Assembly: GCA_963767925.1 (NCBI GenBank)
Contig: CAVYGB010000008.1
Span: forward strand, 1,024,001-1,088,000
From: an uncultured delta proteobacterium
GTDB taxonomy: Bacteria; Myxococcota_A; Polyangia; Fen-1088
Length of the DNA stretch: 64,000 nucleotides
Direction of reading: 5' to 3'
The notes under the pieces were generated by a model. The model searched no databases and was not told the origin of the DNA. It worked only from the letters and a program-made list of their open reading frames with translations. This document shows positions 55,248-64,000 of the stretch, one piece after another (position 1 is the first letter of the stretch; every line of letters starts with the position of its first letter). The translations under genes and the position numbers were made by a program.

Positions 55248-56252
55248 TCAGGCCAGCAGGGCGGTCGCGCGCGTGGCGGCTTCCTCGTGCCGGCTGGCCT
55301 CTCCGCTGTTGCTGTCTGGTGTGGACCCGATGCGGGCGAGCACGCCCGCCGGATCGGAGGTGGCGCCCAGCCAGGCCAGCAGCCGCTCGGGCGTGCCGCA
55401 GTCGAACCAGCCCGAGCCTACCACCGGGACCACCGCCAGACCGGGGGCCGCCTGCAGCAGATCCCGGCTGAGGTCGGCGGCCGCCATCCGGTCGTAGCGC
55501 AAGGAGAGCACCTGGTAGGCGCGCCGGTGATGGAGCGCGCGCAGGTACCGCTCGAAGTGGGTCATCATCGCCGGCACGCGGGCGCGGCCGAGCCGCCACA
55601 TCGCCGAGACCCGGCCCACCACGACCATGGTGTTCCAGAGGCCACCGGCGGCCAGCAGCTCCATCGCCTGCTCGTGTGGGGGCTTCTCAGCGAACTCGCG
55701 CACGTCCGAGGCGAAGGAGGCCGACAGCCGTCCCCCCGGGACGATCCAGCCGAGGTCGGTGGCGGGACGGTCGGCGGGCGCGCCCAGCAGGGCGATGCCG
55801 CTGGGGGTGATGCGCGAGGCAAAGCGGGCCTGGCGAATGGCGTTGCACCAGGCGGCGGGAAACTGAACGTGGTGGTCGGCAGGGAAGATCGCGACCTCGG
55901 CCTGCGGATCGCGAGCCCGGACGTGGGCCAGTCCGAGCATCAGGCCCGCGGCGGTCCCCCGGTCCTGCGGCTGGCGCACCAGCTCGATGCCGGGGTAGCC
56001 GGCGAGCTGCGTCCGGGCGGTGGGCTCGTCCTGCTCCGACACGACGACCACAGTGCGCATCGGCGGCGTAAGGCTGGCCGTCCGCTCGACCGTCTCCTGG
56101 ATCAGGGTGCGGGGAGTGGTCAGCGCCACGAACTGCTTCGGCAACCAGCGGCCACACAGGGCTCGGGTGATCGATGCCAGACGTTTCCCCTGGCCCGCAG
56201 CCAGGATGATCGACCAGAGAGCGTTGCCACGGTGTGGCCTTGTTTCCATCAT
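55248..56252 (-). CDS. Sugar-phosphate nucleotidyltransferase (mannose-1-phosphate guanylyltransferase-like)
   Basis: IILAAGQGKRL, PKQF, QP.DRGTA, FPADH, F.EKP, LWNT and GWFDCGTP motifs. Confidence 0.85.
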   Translation of the reverse strand: MMETRPHRGNALWSIILAAGQGKRLASITRALCGRWLPKQFVALTTPRTLIQETVERTASLTPPMRTVVVVSEQDEPTARTQLAGYPGIELVRQPQDRGTAAGLMLGLAHVRARDPQAEVAIFPADHHVQFPAAWCNAIRQARFASRITPSGIALLGAPADRPATDLGWIVPGGRLSASFASDVREFAEKPPHEQAMELLAAGGLWNTMVVVGRVSAMWRLGRARVPAMMTHFERYLRALHHRRAYQVLSLRYDRMAAADLSRDLLQAAPGLAVVPVVGSGWFDCGTPERLLAWLGATSDPAGVLARIGSTPDSNSGEASRHEEAATRATALLA

Positions 56253-56581
56253 GGGTCCCCCTCGCTGGCGTCCCGATTGATGGACGCCTGAGCCGCTCCG
56301 ACTCCGCACGCTCCGTGCCAGGCTGTGACGCGGGCAACGCCGGCGGCCTCGACCCAGGGCGAAGCGCGGCTTGTCGCGATTTCCTCGGGGATCGAGCGGA
56401 TTTTCCGCGGCAGCCCTCAGCGGGTGGGGAGAACCCCTGGCCGCCAGGTATTACCAATCCGAGACACGCGGTCGGGAGCCGTTCCGGTCAGGTAACTGCG
56501 GGCCTGGGGGGCCCGCGCGACCGCTGGGCCATCGATTGGCTCGGGGTCCGCGCTCGAAGTCGCCAGTGTCGGAATTACCCT

Positions 56582-56658
56582 TGGGGGTGAGCGACGGGGA
56601 TTGAACCCGCAGCCCTCGGAGCCACAGTCCGATGCTCTACCATTGAGCTACGCTCACC
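56582..56658 (-). tRNA. tRNA-His(GTG)
   Basis: GGTGAGCGTAGCTCAATGGTAGAGCATCGGACTGTGGCTCCGAGGGCTGCGGGTTCAATCCCCGTCGCTCACC; G-1:C73 identity pair; 3' end reads CCCA. Confidence 0.95.
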
Positions 56659-56929
56659 GTGCCGCCCTCGCGGACGGTGCCCATGTATGCCGCGCGGCGA
56701 GGGGCCCCGTCAAGGCCTACAGGCCTCCACACGACCGCCGGCAGGGCGAATGACGCTCCGGCGAAACCACGGGCGAACCGGCTGTCGAAGCGTCGACGAG
56801 GTGTCGGTCGAGGTGCGGATCCATGCTCGCCGGGTAACGTTCACGTATCCGTGTCCGACGGGATCCCGGTCGGGTTTCCCCTTGCGGTTGCGAGGGTTTG
56901 TCCATTAGCTTCAAGAACGCAAAAGGCCC

Positions 56930-57364
56930 ATGTACGTAAAGATTCGAGCTTTTTTGAGCGGGGTGGTCCTGGTCGGAGCGGTGCTGGTCGGGGATGCCGC
57001 CACCGCAGGCGAAGCAGACGATTTGCAGGTCATGATCGACCGGGCTCGTAACGGGGTGCCCGACCTGGAGCGCCAGGACGATCGTGGCGCGACCCGCGAC
57101 GAGACGACGGTCCTCCGGGTGTGGCTGGACGAGGCCTGGCGGCTCCGCTCGGAGCAGCGGTACGACGACGTCCGCATCGTGCTGGATCGCTGTGAGGCCC
57201 AGGCCGAGCTGATCCGCCAGAAGATCCAGGCCTCGAAGGTGGCGGCCCGCGCCGCCGAACGGGAGAACGACCTCAAGCGCCTGCGCGACAACATGGATAA
57301 GACCAAACGCGCCATCCAGCAGGCCACCCTGGCCAAGGCGGCGCTCGAGGCCCGGTCCAAATGA
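56930..57364 (+). CDS. Secreted coiled-coil protein (DUF4398-like partner)
   Basis: Signal peptide; all-helical; ATGA-coupled to the OmpA-domain gene. Confidence 0.7.
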   Translation: MYVKIRAFLSGVVLVGAVLVGDAATAGEADDLQVMIDRARNGVPDLERQDDRGATRDETTVLRVWLDEAWRLRSEQRYDDVRIVLDRCEAQAELIRQKIQASKVAARAAERENDLKRLRDNMDKTKRAIQQATLAKAALEARSK

Positions 57365-58515
57365 GCGGCCGCTGCCGCTCGCGCGTGCACCTGACCGGGG
57401 GGCTCGCGCTGGCCGCGCTCGTCTCCTGTGCCACCCCCCCCAAGCCGCCCGAGCTGGAGGCGTTCGAACGCATGCGGGCCGATCCCACGCTGGAGGCCGC
57501 CGCCAAGCGCCAGCCCGATCTGGTCAGCAGCTCTGACCAGCTCATGGCCCGGGCCCGCGAGCAGTGGGAGGACAATGAGCTCAACGAGGCCCGGAACTCG
57601 GCCCTGCTCGGACAGATCAAGCTCAAGCACGCGCTGGCCCTCGCTGAACAGGAGAAGTCCCGGCAGCGGATCGCCACCGCCGAGACCGAGATGCAGACCG
57701 CGCAGGAGGAGTACGGCCGTCTGCAGAAGGAGCTCAGCGGGGTCAACGAGCAGGTCGCCCTGCTGAAGCGGCTGCAGGAGTCCACCGTCGAGCGACAGAA
57801 GCTCGCCCAGCAGATAACCACCGAGCAGCTCCGGGCCCAGGCCTCGGATCGGATCTCGGACGCCGAGCTGGCGGTCAAGACCGCGGACACGGTCAACGCC
57901 GGAGCCCACGCCAAGGACGCCTACAGCGCCGCGGTGGACAACCTGGCGCGGGCCCGCCAGGAGATGCAGAGCGGCAACTTCCAGGCGGCCCAGACCAGCG
58001 CCGAGATGGCCAAGGCCAAGGCCGACGAGGCCAGCTCGGTGGCCAAGCCTCTTTACGAGCAGGAGGCCCAGGCCTCCGAGAACAAGGCCCGAGCCGAGGC
58101 GCTGGCCCGGGACGCGGCCGCCATCCCCGGCATCGTCGTCCGCCGGGAAGCGCGCGGCTCGCTGCAGCGGCTGGTGATCCCGCTGGCCGCCGAGCGCCTG
58201 TTCGTCCGCCGGGGCACCAGCGTGGCCCGCGAGAAGGACGCCGGCCTCGATCCCATCGCCAGCTTGCTCAAGAAGTACTCGAGCTATCCGGTGCAGATCG
58301 TCGGTTACACCGACAACCGGGGGCGTCCTGGCGAGCAGCTCGCGTTTTCCCTGGCCCGGGCCGAGTCGGTCTTTTCCTCGCTGGCTCTGCGGGGCGTCGA
58401 TGCCAAGCGCATGGTCGTGAGCGGGCAGGGCGCCGCCGACCCCATCGCCGACAATCGAACCGCCACCGGCCGGGCCCAGAACAACCGGATCGAGATCGTC
58501 TTTCTGTATCAGTAG
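57361..58515 (+). CDS. Lipoprotein with long coiled coils and an OmpA-C peptidoglycan-binding domain
   Basis: Lipobox LVSC; IVGYTD..G, S.ARAESV and PIADN.T..GRA.N.RIEI motifs. Confidence 0.88.
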   Translation: MSGRCRSRVHLTGGLALAALVSCATPPKPPELEAFERMRADPTLEAAAKRQPDLVSSSDQLMARAREQWEDNELNEARNSALLGQIKLKHALALAEQEKSRQRIATAETEMQTAQEEYGRLQKELSGVNEQVALLKRLQESTVERQKLAQQITTEQLRAQASDRISDAELAVKTADTVNAGAHAKDAYSAAVDNLARARQEMQSGNFQAAQTSAEMAKAKADEASSVAKPLYEQEAQASENKARAEALARDAAAIPGIVVRREARGSLQRLVIPLAAERLFVRRGTSVAREKDAGLDPIASLLKKYSSYPVQIVGYTDNRGRPGEQLAFSLARAESVFSSLALRGVDAKRMVVSGQGAADPIADNRTATGRAQNNRIEIVFLYQ

Positions 58516-59036
58516 CGGTTCCGGGGGTGGGCGAACCACAGCCCGGCGTAGGTCTGGAGGGAGACCAGCCCGCCCTCCCGCACCCGTTCCTCGAGCCAGG
58601 CCGGCACCCGCTCGAGCGGCACGGCGTGCACCCGGATCTGCTCGCCGCCCACGCCGCCGCCCGGCCCCACCTTGTGCAGCCCGCTGGCCCGGACGAAGGT
58701 GATGACCTCGCTCGCCAGGCCGGGCGCGGTGGCGCAGGAGGTGATGATCTCCAGGCGCTGGGCGCTCCAGCCGGTCTCCTCGGTGAGCTCGCGTCCGGCC
58801 GCCTCCAGCAACGGCTCGGCGCTGTTGGCCGGGTCGTCGCCGACCAGCCCGGCGGGCAGCTCGATGATCCAGCGGGAGAGGGCCGGGCGGAACTGCTCGA
58901 GCAGCAGGAGCTCTCCGGCCGGGGTGAGGGCCACCAGCAGGACCACCCCGCCGGGGTGGGGGCGCTCGACGAAGTACCAGCCGTCGCGATCGATGAAGCG
59001 GAGGTAGGGCGTTTCCTGGAGGATCCGGTCGGACAT
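58509..59036 (-). CDS. NUDIX hydrolase (ADP-ribose pyrophosphatase-like)
   Basis: QFRP, ELPAGLV and AAGRELTEETG motifs. Confidence 0.9.
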   Translation of the reverse strand: MSDRILQETPYLRFIDRDGWYFVERPHPGGVVLLVALTPAGELLLLEQFRPALSRWIIELPAGLVGDDPANSAEPLLEAAGRELTEETGWSAQRLEIITSCATAPGLASEVITFVRASGLHKVGPGGGVGGEQIRVHAVPLERVPAWLEERVREGGLVSLQTYAGLWFAHPRNRY

Positions 59037-59041
59037 CCCGA

Positions 59042-61069
59042 TCAGAACTCGTACCCCAGGGAGGCGTTCAGCGCAAACGTCCAGCGGGAGTGGAAGTTCT
59101 GGTCCTGCTCGAAGGTCAGCTCGTGCAGGTCGACGTCGGTGAAGCGCTGGACGAAGAAGTAGCGCCGGCCCTCGCCCTGGATGAAGAAGAAGGGCAGGAC
59201 CATGAGGCGGGCCCCGCCGAAGAACACCTCGTTGTCCCCGTCGAAGCGGAAGGCGCCGAGGCCCTTCTCGGTCGTGGTGCTGAACACCTCGTAGCTGGCG
59301 AAGGCCTGCAGGAAGCGCCGGAAGGGCAGCTCGGCGTGCAGACGGAGCGACCCGAACCCCGGCTCCCGGGCGAGGCCGATCTTGCCGTTGCAGGTCTGGG
59401 TGCCCTTGGCGTCCGGCTGGCAGGTCGCGCCGAGGTCGGAGAACTGGGGGGCCATGTAGCCGGCCGTGCGGGGCTCGCCGTAGGGGGTCCAGCCCCGCAG
59501 GAAGGCCCCCACCGTGAGGTAGTCGCGCAGCGAATAGGTCAGCTCGGCGTAGCCGCCGACCCGGCGGCGCCCCTGCCGGCTGGCCTCGAGGAACTCGAGC
59601 TTGGTGGGGTAATAGGTCATGCCGCTCGACGACTGGTAGCCGGCCGGCAGGTACTGGTACTGGAAGATGTCGTGGAAGGTGTCGAAGTAGCCAGGCAGGA
59701 AGGCGGGCCCGAAGGAGGACACCTCGGTGCGCGCGCGCAGGGCCTGGTGCGCGGGTTTGCCGAAGCTGAAGCGCCAGAGCGAGCCAACGGTGACGCCGCT
59801 GTCGTAGGCCAGCATCTTGTCGTAATCGGCGTAGACCTTGATGTCGGCCCAGTCCCGGCGGAGGACCTTGGCCTCGACGTTGATCCCGATGATGCTGGCC
59901 TGGTGGAAGGTGGACCCTTGCAGGTCGAGGTTGGAGTCGAGCTCGGGAATGAGCTGATCGTAAGACCGCCGGAACAGGCCCCGCTCGTAGCGCAGGCCCA
60001 GCGGCTGGTTGCCGCCCCGGATCCAGGAACCCCCGAAAGAGAGGCTGCGCAGCAGCACCTTGTCGCTGAAGGGACGGAAGGGCCGCACGAAGCCCATCAG
60101 ACCGATCACATCGGGGCGGACGAGGTCGTTGGCCAGCGCCTGCACGCCGATGGCCGACTTCGACAGGTCGATGGTCGCGCCGAGCCGGGAGGTGTTGTAG
60201 TCGATGTTCGGGTTGTAGTGGCGGACCACCGTGCCGTGGCCGAAGCTCTGGTCGTAGAGGCGGCTCAAGCTCAGGTAAAAAGGCTGCTCCTGGCCCCCCA
60301 CCTGGACGTTGCGGATGATCTTGGCGAAATCGGAGGGCTCGTCCCAGTCCTCCCGGCGCAGCTTGCCGAAGTTCTGGGTGATCTGACCCTTCTTGTCGTT
60401 CATGCAGGTCGGGATCGCGCTCTCGATGGCGGCCCGGGACTGGCCCTGCATGCGCAGGACCTTGGCCTCTGCGATGCACGTCTCGAACGGGCCGCGCAGG
60501 TCGACCATCTCGAACTGCAGGGGGGCGCCCAGCGAGAGCTTCCAGTTGAAGCGCTGGCTGGACAGGTCGATCAGCGGCTCGACCGTGAAGAAGAAGGAGT
60601 TGATGACGGTGTTCGTGTCGCGCGGGATGGCGCTAGCGCCGCCGGCCACCCCGATGAAGTTGCGCCGGGGACCGGGGCGGAGGCTGAAGTTTTGCAGGTC
60701 GCCCTTGACGAAGTGGGGCCGGGCCCAGGGGTCAACCTCCTCCAGGGTCGGCCGCCGGACGGGCAAGCCGGGGGGCAACGCCGGCGGCTGGGCAGGGGTA
60801 GCCGGGCCGGTGGCGGGGGTGGCCGGGCCGGTGGTGGGGGTAGCCGGGCCGGTGGTGGGGGTAGCCGGGCCGGTGGCGGGGGCCGCGCCGTTCGGACCGG
60901 TGCTGGTGGGACGAGCCGGGCGGGTGGCCCCCGTCGGCCCGCTCGGGCTGGCCGCGCTCGCCCCGCCTGGCCTGGCCGGCGTCTGCTGCGCTGCTCCGTC
61001 CGTCCCCGTCTGAGCCGCGGCGAGGCCGCACCAAAAGACCGCCACGAGAGTCCCGCCGCCGATCGCCAT
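59042..61069 (-). CDS. Putative outer-membrane beta-barrel protein
   Basis: Signal peptide, Pro/Thr linker, alternating beta strands, C-terminal LGYEF. Confidence 0.7.
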   Translation of the reverse strand: MAIGGGTLVAVFWCGLAAAQTGTDGAAQQTPARPGGASAASPSGPTGATRPARPTSTGPNGAAPATGPATPTTGPATPTTGPATPATGPATPAQPPALPPGLPVRRPTLEEVDPWARPHFVKGDLQNFSLRPGPRRNFIGVAGGASAIPRDTNTVINSFFFTVEPLIDLSSQRFNWKLSLGAPLQFEMVDLRGPFETCIAEAKVLRMQGQSRAAIESAIPTCMNDKKGQITQNFGKLRREDWDEPSDFAKIIRNVQVGGQEQPFYLSLSRLYDQSFGHGTVVRHYNPNIDYNTSRLGATIDLSKSAIGVQALANDLVRPDVIGLMGFVRPFRPFSDKVLLRSLSFGGSWIRGGNQPLGLRYERGLFRRSYDQLIPELDSNLDLQGSTFHQASIIGINVEAKVLRRDWADIKVYADYDKMLAYDSGVTVGSLWRFSFGKPAHQALRARTEVSSFGPAFLPGYFDTFHDIFQYQYLPAGYQSSSGMTYYPTKLEFLEASRQGRRRVGGYAELTYSLRDYLTVGAFLRGWTPYGEPRTAGYMAPQFSDLGATCQPDAKGTQTCNGKIGLAREPGFGSLRLHAELPFRRFLQAFASYEVFSTTTEKGLGAFRFDGDNEVFFGGARLMVLPFFFIQGEGRRYFFVQRFTDVDLHELTFEQDQNFHSRWTFALNASLGYEF
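60795..60878. repeat. Intragenic 21-bp tandem repeat x4 (encodes TGPATP[T/A])
   Basis: GGGGT(A/G)GCCGGGCCGGTGG(C/T)G repeated four times head to tail. Confidence 0.9.
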
Positions 61070-61138
61070 CTCCGATCGCGTTCGGCGCCCGACCGGCCCG
61101 ACTTGAGGGGAGGCCGGCTCGGGGTGGGTGCACGGGCG

Positions 61139-62059
61139 TTAGCGGTTCAGCTCCTCGTTGATCCAGTCGCGCAGGCTCTCCTGGTCCCGGTTGTCGGTGA
61201 ACAGTCGACCATTGATGTAGATGGTGGGGGTGGCGGCGAGGCCCAGGGCCTGCCCCTCGTTCCGGTCCTTCTCCACCCGGGCCTTGATCTCGGCCGACTC
61301 GAAGTCGGCACGCCACCTGGCGACGTCGAGCCCGACGTCCTTGGCGAACTGCTCCATGGCGGCCGGTGTCAAGCTGTCGGCGTTCGCCCACAGCTTGTCG
61401 TTCAAGGGCCAGAACTTGCCCTGCTTGTGGGCGGCCATCCCCGCCTCCGCCGCCGCGCGGGCGTTGGTGTGGCCCCCGAGCGGGTAGTGCTTGAAGAACA
61501 CCCGGACCTCGTCGCGGTACTCTTCCAGGATCTGGCGCAGGACGGGCTGCACCCGCTTGCAGTGGGGGCACTCGTAGTCGACGAACTCGACGATGGTCAC
61601 CGGGGCGGCCGGGCTGCCTTTCCAGGGGGAATCGCCGAGCTCGAGCGTCTTGCGCCCGCCCTTGAACCGCTTCTCGATCGATTCGCCGATCTCCGAGTCG
61701 GTGTAGCCCCCGTCCACCAGCCGGGCGACGTAGCGGGCGGCGTAGAGGGACTTGCGGCAGGAGCGGTCGGTCTTGACCGACTTGATGAGGCTCTCGCCCT
61801 TCCCGCAGGCGGAGGACTCCTTGTTGAGCACCCGGAAGAAGACCTTGCGCTCGAAGTCGTCCAGCTTGCTCAGATCGACGCCCGGGGGGGGCGTGGTGTC
61901 CTCACCTTCGCTCTTCTTGTCGCTGGCCCGCGGGTCGGCGGAGGGGGAAGCGCTGGCGGAGGCCGGGAGGTCGGCCGAGCCCTTGGCGCACGCCGAAGCG
62001 GCAGCCAGCCAACCGGCGAGCGCCGGCACGAACGCAGCGCGTACCATTTCGGAGAGCAT
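61139..62059 (-). CDS. DsbA/thioredoxin-fold lipoprotein
   Basis: TIVEFVDYECPHC, KHYPL, QGKFW and TPTIYING motifs; extra N-terminal helical domain. Confidence 0.9.
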   Translation of the reverse strand: MLSEMVRAAFVPALAGWLAAASACAKGSADLPASASASPSADPRASDKKSEGEDTTPPPGVDLSKLDDFERKVFFRVLNKESSACGKGESLIKSVKTDRSCRKSLYAARYVARLVDGGYTDSEIGESIEKRFKGGRKTLELGDSPWKGSPAAPVTIVEFVDYECPHCKRVQPVLRQILEEYRDEVRVFFKHYPLGGHTNARAAAEAGMAAHKQGKFWPLNDKLWANADSLTPAAMEQFAKDVGLDVARWRADFESAEIKARVEKDRNEGQALGLAATPTIYINGRLFTDNRDQESLRDWINEELNR

Positions 62060-62198
62060 CGCACAGAGTTTTAGGAATGGCTTGCACCGGTGTCAATGTG
62101 CGCGTGGGCGCGCGAACGCGCGCGATCAGCCGACCCGACCGACATCGAGCGCGGTCCGCGCCGGGGCCCTGGCCTCGACGCCGCGCCCGGCTTTGCAA

Positions 62199-62227
62199 TT
62201 GACGGGCGACCGGTCAACCACTATAAA
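62199..62227 (+). promoter_or_regulatory. Sigma70-type promoter of the nuo operon
   Basis: TTGACG-17 nt-TATAAA, ending 21 nt upstream of the nuoA ATG. Confidence 0.7.
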
Positions 62228-62248
62228 TCCCGGCGTTCGAGAGACACG

Positions 62249-62650
62249 ATGAGCTCCGACTACCTAGCAGCAGCGATCGCCATCATCGCCGGGGTCGGAA
62301 TGGCGTTGCTCCTCACCCTGGCATCCAAATACCTCGGACCCAGCCGTCCGACCAAGGCGAAGGCCATCCCGTACGAGGCCGGCTCCGATGTCATCGGCAG
62401 CCCGCGCGCACGGTTCTCGGTGAAGTTCTACCAGGTTGCCATTCTGTTTCTGGTGTTCGACATCGAGGCGGCCTTCCTCTACCCCTGGGCGGTCAACTAC
62501 CGCGCGCTGTCCTGCAAGGGACCGCTCGCCGGTGGCGTCTGCACGGCGGGCGTGTCCTTGTTCGGTCTCGGCGGCGTCCTGGTCTTCATGAGCCTCCTCG
62601 TCGTGGCGCTGGCCTACGTCTGGCGGAAGCGCGCGGTAGGCTGGGAGTAA
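62249..62650 (+). CDS. nuoA: NADH-quinone oxidoreductase subunit A
   Basis: PYEAG and FSVKFY.VAILFLVFDIE..FLYPWA motifs. Confidence 0.95.
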   Translation: MSSDYLAAAIAIIAGVGMALLLTLASKYLGPSRPTKAKAIPYEAGSDVIGSPRARFSVKFYQVAILFLVFDIEAAFLYPWAVNYRALSCKGPLAGGVCTAGVSLFGLGGVLVFMSLLVVALAYVWRKRAVGWE

Positions 62651-62664
62651 AGGAGCAACCGACC

Positions 62665-63189
62665 ATGGGATTCGACGTCTACACCAGCAAGCTCGCCGAC
62701 GCGGTCAACTGGGCCCGGAAGTTCTCCCTCTTCAACTACCCGTTCGTGACGGCCTGTTGCGGGATGGAGTTCATGGCCACCGCCGGCCCGAAGTACGACC
62801 TCGCGCGCTTCGGCTCCGAGTTCCCTCGCTTCTCGCCCCGCCAGGCCGACATGCTGGTGGTGGTCGGCACGATCACCGAACGGCAGGGGCCGGCCCTCCG
62901 CCGCATCTACGATCAGATGTGCGAGCCCAAGTGGGTAATGGCCTTCGGCGTCTGCGCCTCGACGGGGGGCTTTTACCAGAACTACTCGACCATGCCGGGC
63001 TGCGACCAGGTCATCCCCGTCGACGTGTACATCCCCGGCTGCCCGCCCCGGCCCGAGCAGGTCCTCGATGGCCTCATGATGCTGCAGGAGCGCATCCAGC
63101 GCGGCGAGGGCCACAGCCAGGTCACCCTCAAGGCAGAGCGGGGCTACGACGTGCCGATCGCCGCCATCCGGCCGATCGGCCAGCGTTGA
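62665..63189 (+). CDS. nuoB: NADH-quinone oxidoreductase subunit B
   Basis: TACCGME, SPRQAD, GVCASTGG and IPGCPPRPE motifs. Confidence 0.96.
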   Translation: MGFDVYTSKLADAVNWARKFSLFNYPFVTACCGMEFMATAGPKYDLARFGSEFPRFSPRQADMLVVVGTITERQGPALRRIYDQMCEPKWVMAFGVCASTGGFYQNYSTMPGCDQVIPVDVYIPGCPPRPEQVLDGLMMLQERIQRGEGHSQVTLKAERGYDVPIAAIRPIGQR

Positions 63190-63247
63190 GCGCGAGCACC
63201 CCCCCGAGACACCCGGCACGAGCAACCCGACAGACGAAAAAAGGGCC

Positions 63248-63742
63248 ATGGCGCAGATCATCCTCGACCGGCTCAGCCAGACCTTCACCGGCGGTGAGAT
63301 CCTCGAGAGCGGCTCCTCGCTGGGAAACGAGTGGGCCCGCATCCGGACCGACGCCTGGGCGGCGGTGGCGCGTTTCCTCAAGGAAGACACCGTCACCAAC
63401 CTGGACATGTTCGTCGATCTGACCTGCGTCGATCGCTTCGGGCGAGAGCCACGGTTCGACGTCGTCCTGCACCTCTACTCCCTGGACAAGAAGCACCGGG
63501 TGCGGCTCTACGCCGGGGTGTCCGAGGAAGATCCCACCATCGAGACCCTGGTGCCGATGTGGCTGGGCGCCGACTGGTTCGAGCGGGAGGCTTTCGATCT
63601 CTATGGCGTCCGCTTCATGGGCCACCCCGACCTGCGGCGCATCCTCATGTACCCGGAGTTCGTGGGCCACCCCTTGCGCAAGGACTATCCCAAGGAGAAG
63701 CGGCAGCCGCTGGTCCGCCGCGAACCAGGTAAAGTGGACTAG
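63248..63742 (+). CDS. nuoC: NADH-quinone oxidoreductase subunit C
   Basis: [21 protein letters not shown] and GHPLRKDYP motifs. Confidence 0.95.
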   Translation: MAQIILDRLSQTFTGGEILESGSSLGNEWARIRTDAWAAVARFLKEDTVTNLDMFVDLTCVDRFGREPRFDVVLHLYSLDKKHRVRLYAGVSEEDPTIETLVPMWLGADWFEREAFDLYGVRFMGHPDLRRILMYPEFVGHPLRKDYPKEKRQPLVRREPGKVD

Positions 63743-63748
63743 GTAACG

Positions 63749-64000
63749 ATGGCGACCAACAGCAGCACGACCAGCGGGGTGCCGGCCACGACCGCCACTC
63801 CGACCAGCCGCCGGATGGTCCTCGGCATCAAGGACGCGGCCGACCTCGACGAGCCGGAGCTCCCCTCCGAGACGATGCCCCTCAACATGGGCCCCTCCCA
63901 CCCGGCCATGCACGGAACCGTGCGGATGGTGCTGGAGGTCGAGGGGGAGAAGATCGTCTCGGCCGACGTGCAGGTGGGGTACCTGCACCGCTGCTTCGAG
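63749..64000 (+). CDS. nuoD: NADH-quinone oxidoreductase subunit D (5' part; runs off the window)
   Basis: [16 protein letters not shown]...GYLHR.FE. Confidence 0.93.
   Translation, partial: MATNSSTTSGVPATTATPTSRRMVLGIKDAADLDEPELPSETMPLNMGPSHPAMHGTVRMVLEVEGEKIVSADVQVGYLHRCFE

Noticed and set aside
55248..56658. Genomic island integrated at tRNA-His
   Set aside because: No integrase and no convincing duplicated tRNA 3' end seen; the 10-bp match near 29641 is inside ftsH and likely chance.
60795..60878. 21-bp repeats as a possible CRISPR array
   Set aside because: Head-to-tail with no spacers, in frame within a CDS, and no cas genes.

Overview
A very GC-rich bacterial chromosomal segment, most likely Myxococcota. 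The evidence is three Hanks-type Ser/Thr kinases, a GltJ/AgmX-like gliding protein and many Cys-rich lipoproteins. It holds about 55 genes and tRNA-His. Housekeeping genes include acs, acyP, accD-folC, glyA, ftsH and nuoA-D. No integrase, transposase, phage gene or CRISPR array was seen. The strongest signal is a 7-gene heme-copper oxidase operon (36149->30813). Its subunit I is A1-type (GHPEVY, all six His ligands, core D-channel intact), but the K proton channel appears dismantled: helix VIII reads PAELL instead of PTGIK, adding a new Glu. Subunits II and III show matching changes, pointing to a functionally divergent terminal reductase. Other notable items: a ~1290-aa secreted protein built from ~65-70 aromatic 'FPLFW' repeats, coupled to glyA; an 80-aa protein with an Sm/LSm-like pattern; a PAS/His-less HisKA/REC pseudo-kinase; many leaderless-type promoters; and eight +1 frameshifts in ftsH that look like sequencing errors. 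All calls are by-eye motif recognition; no database searches were run.
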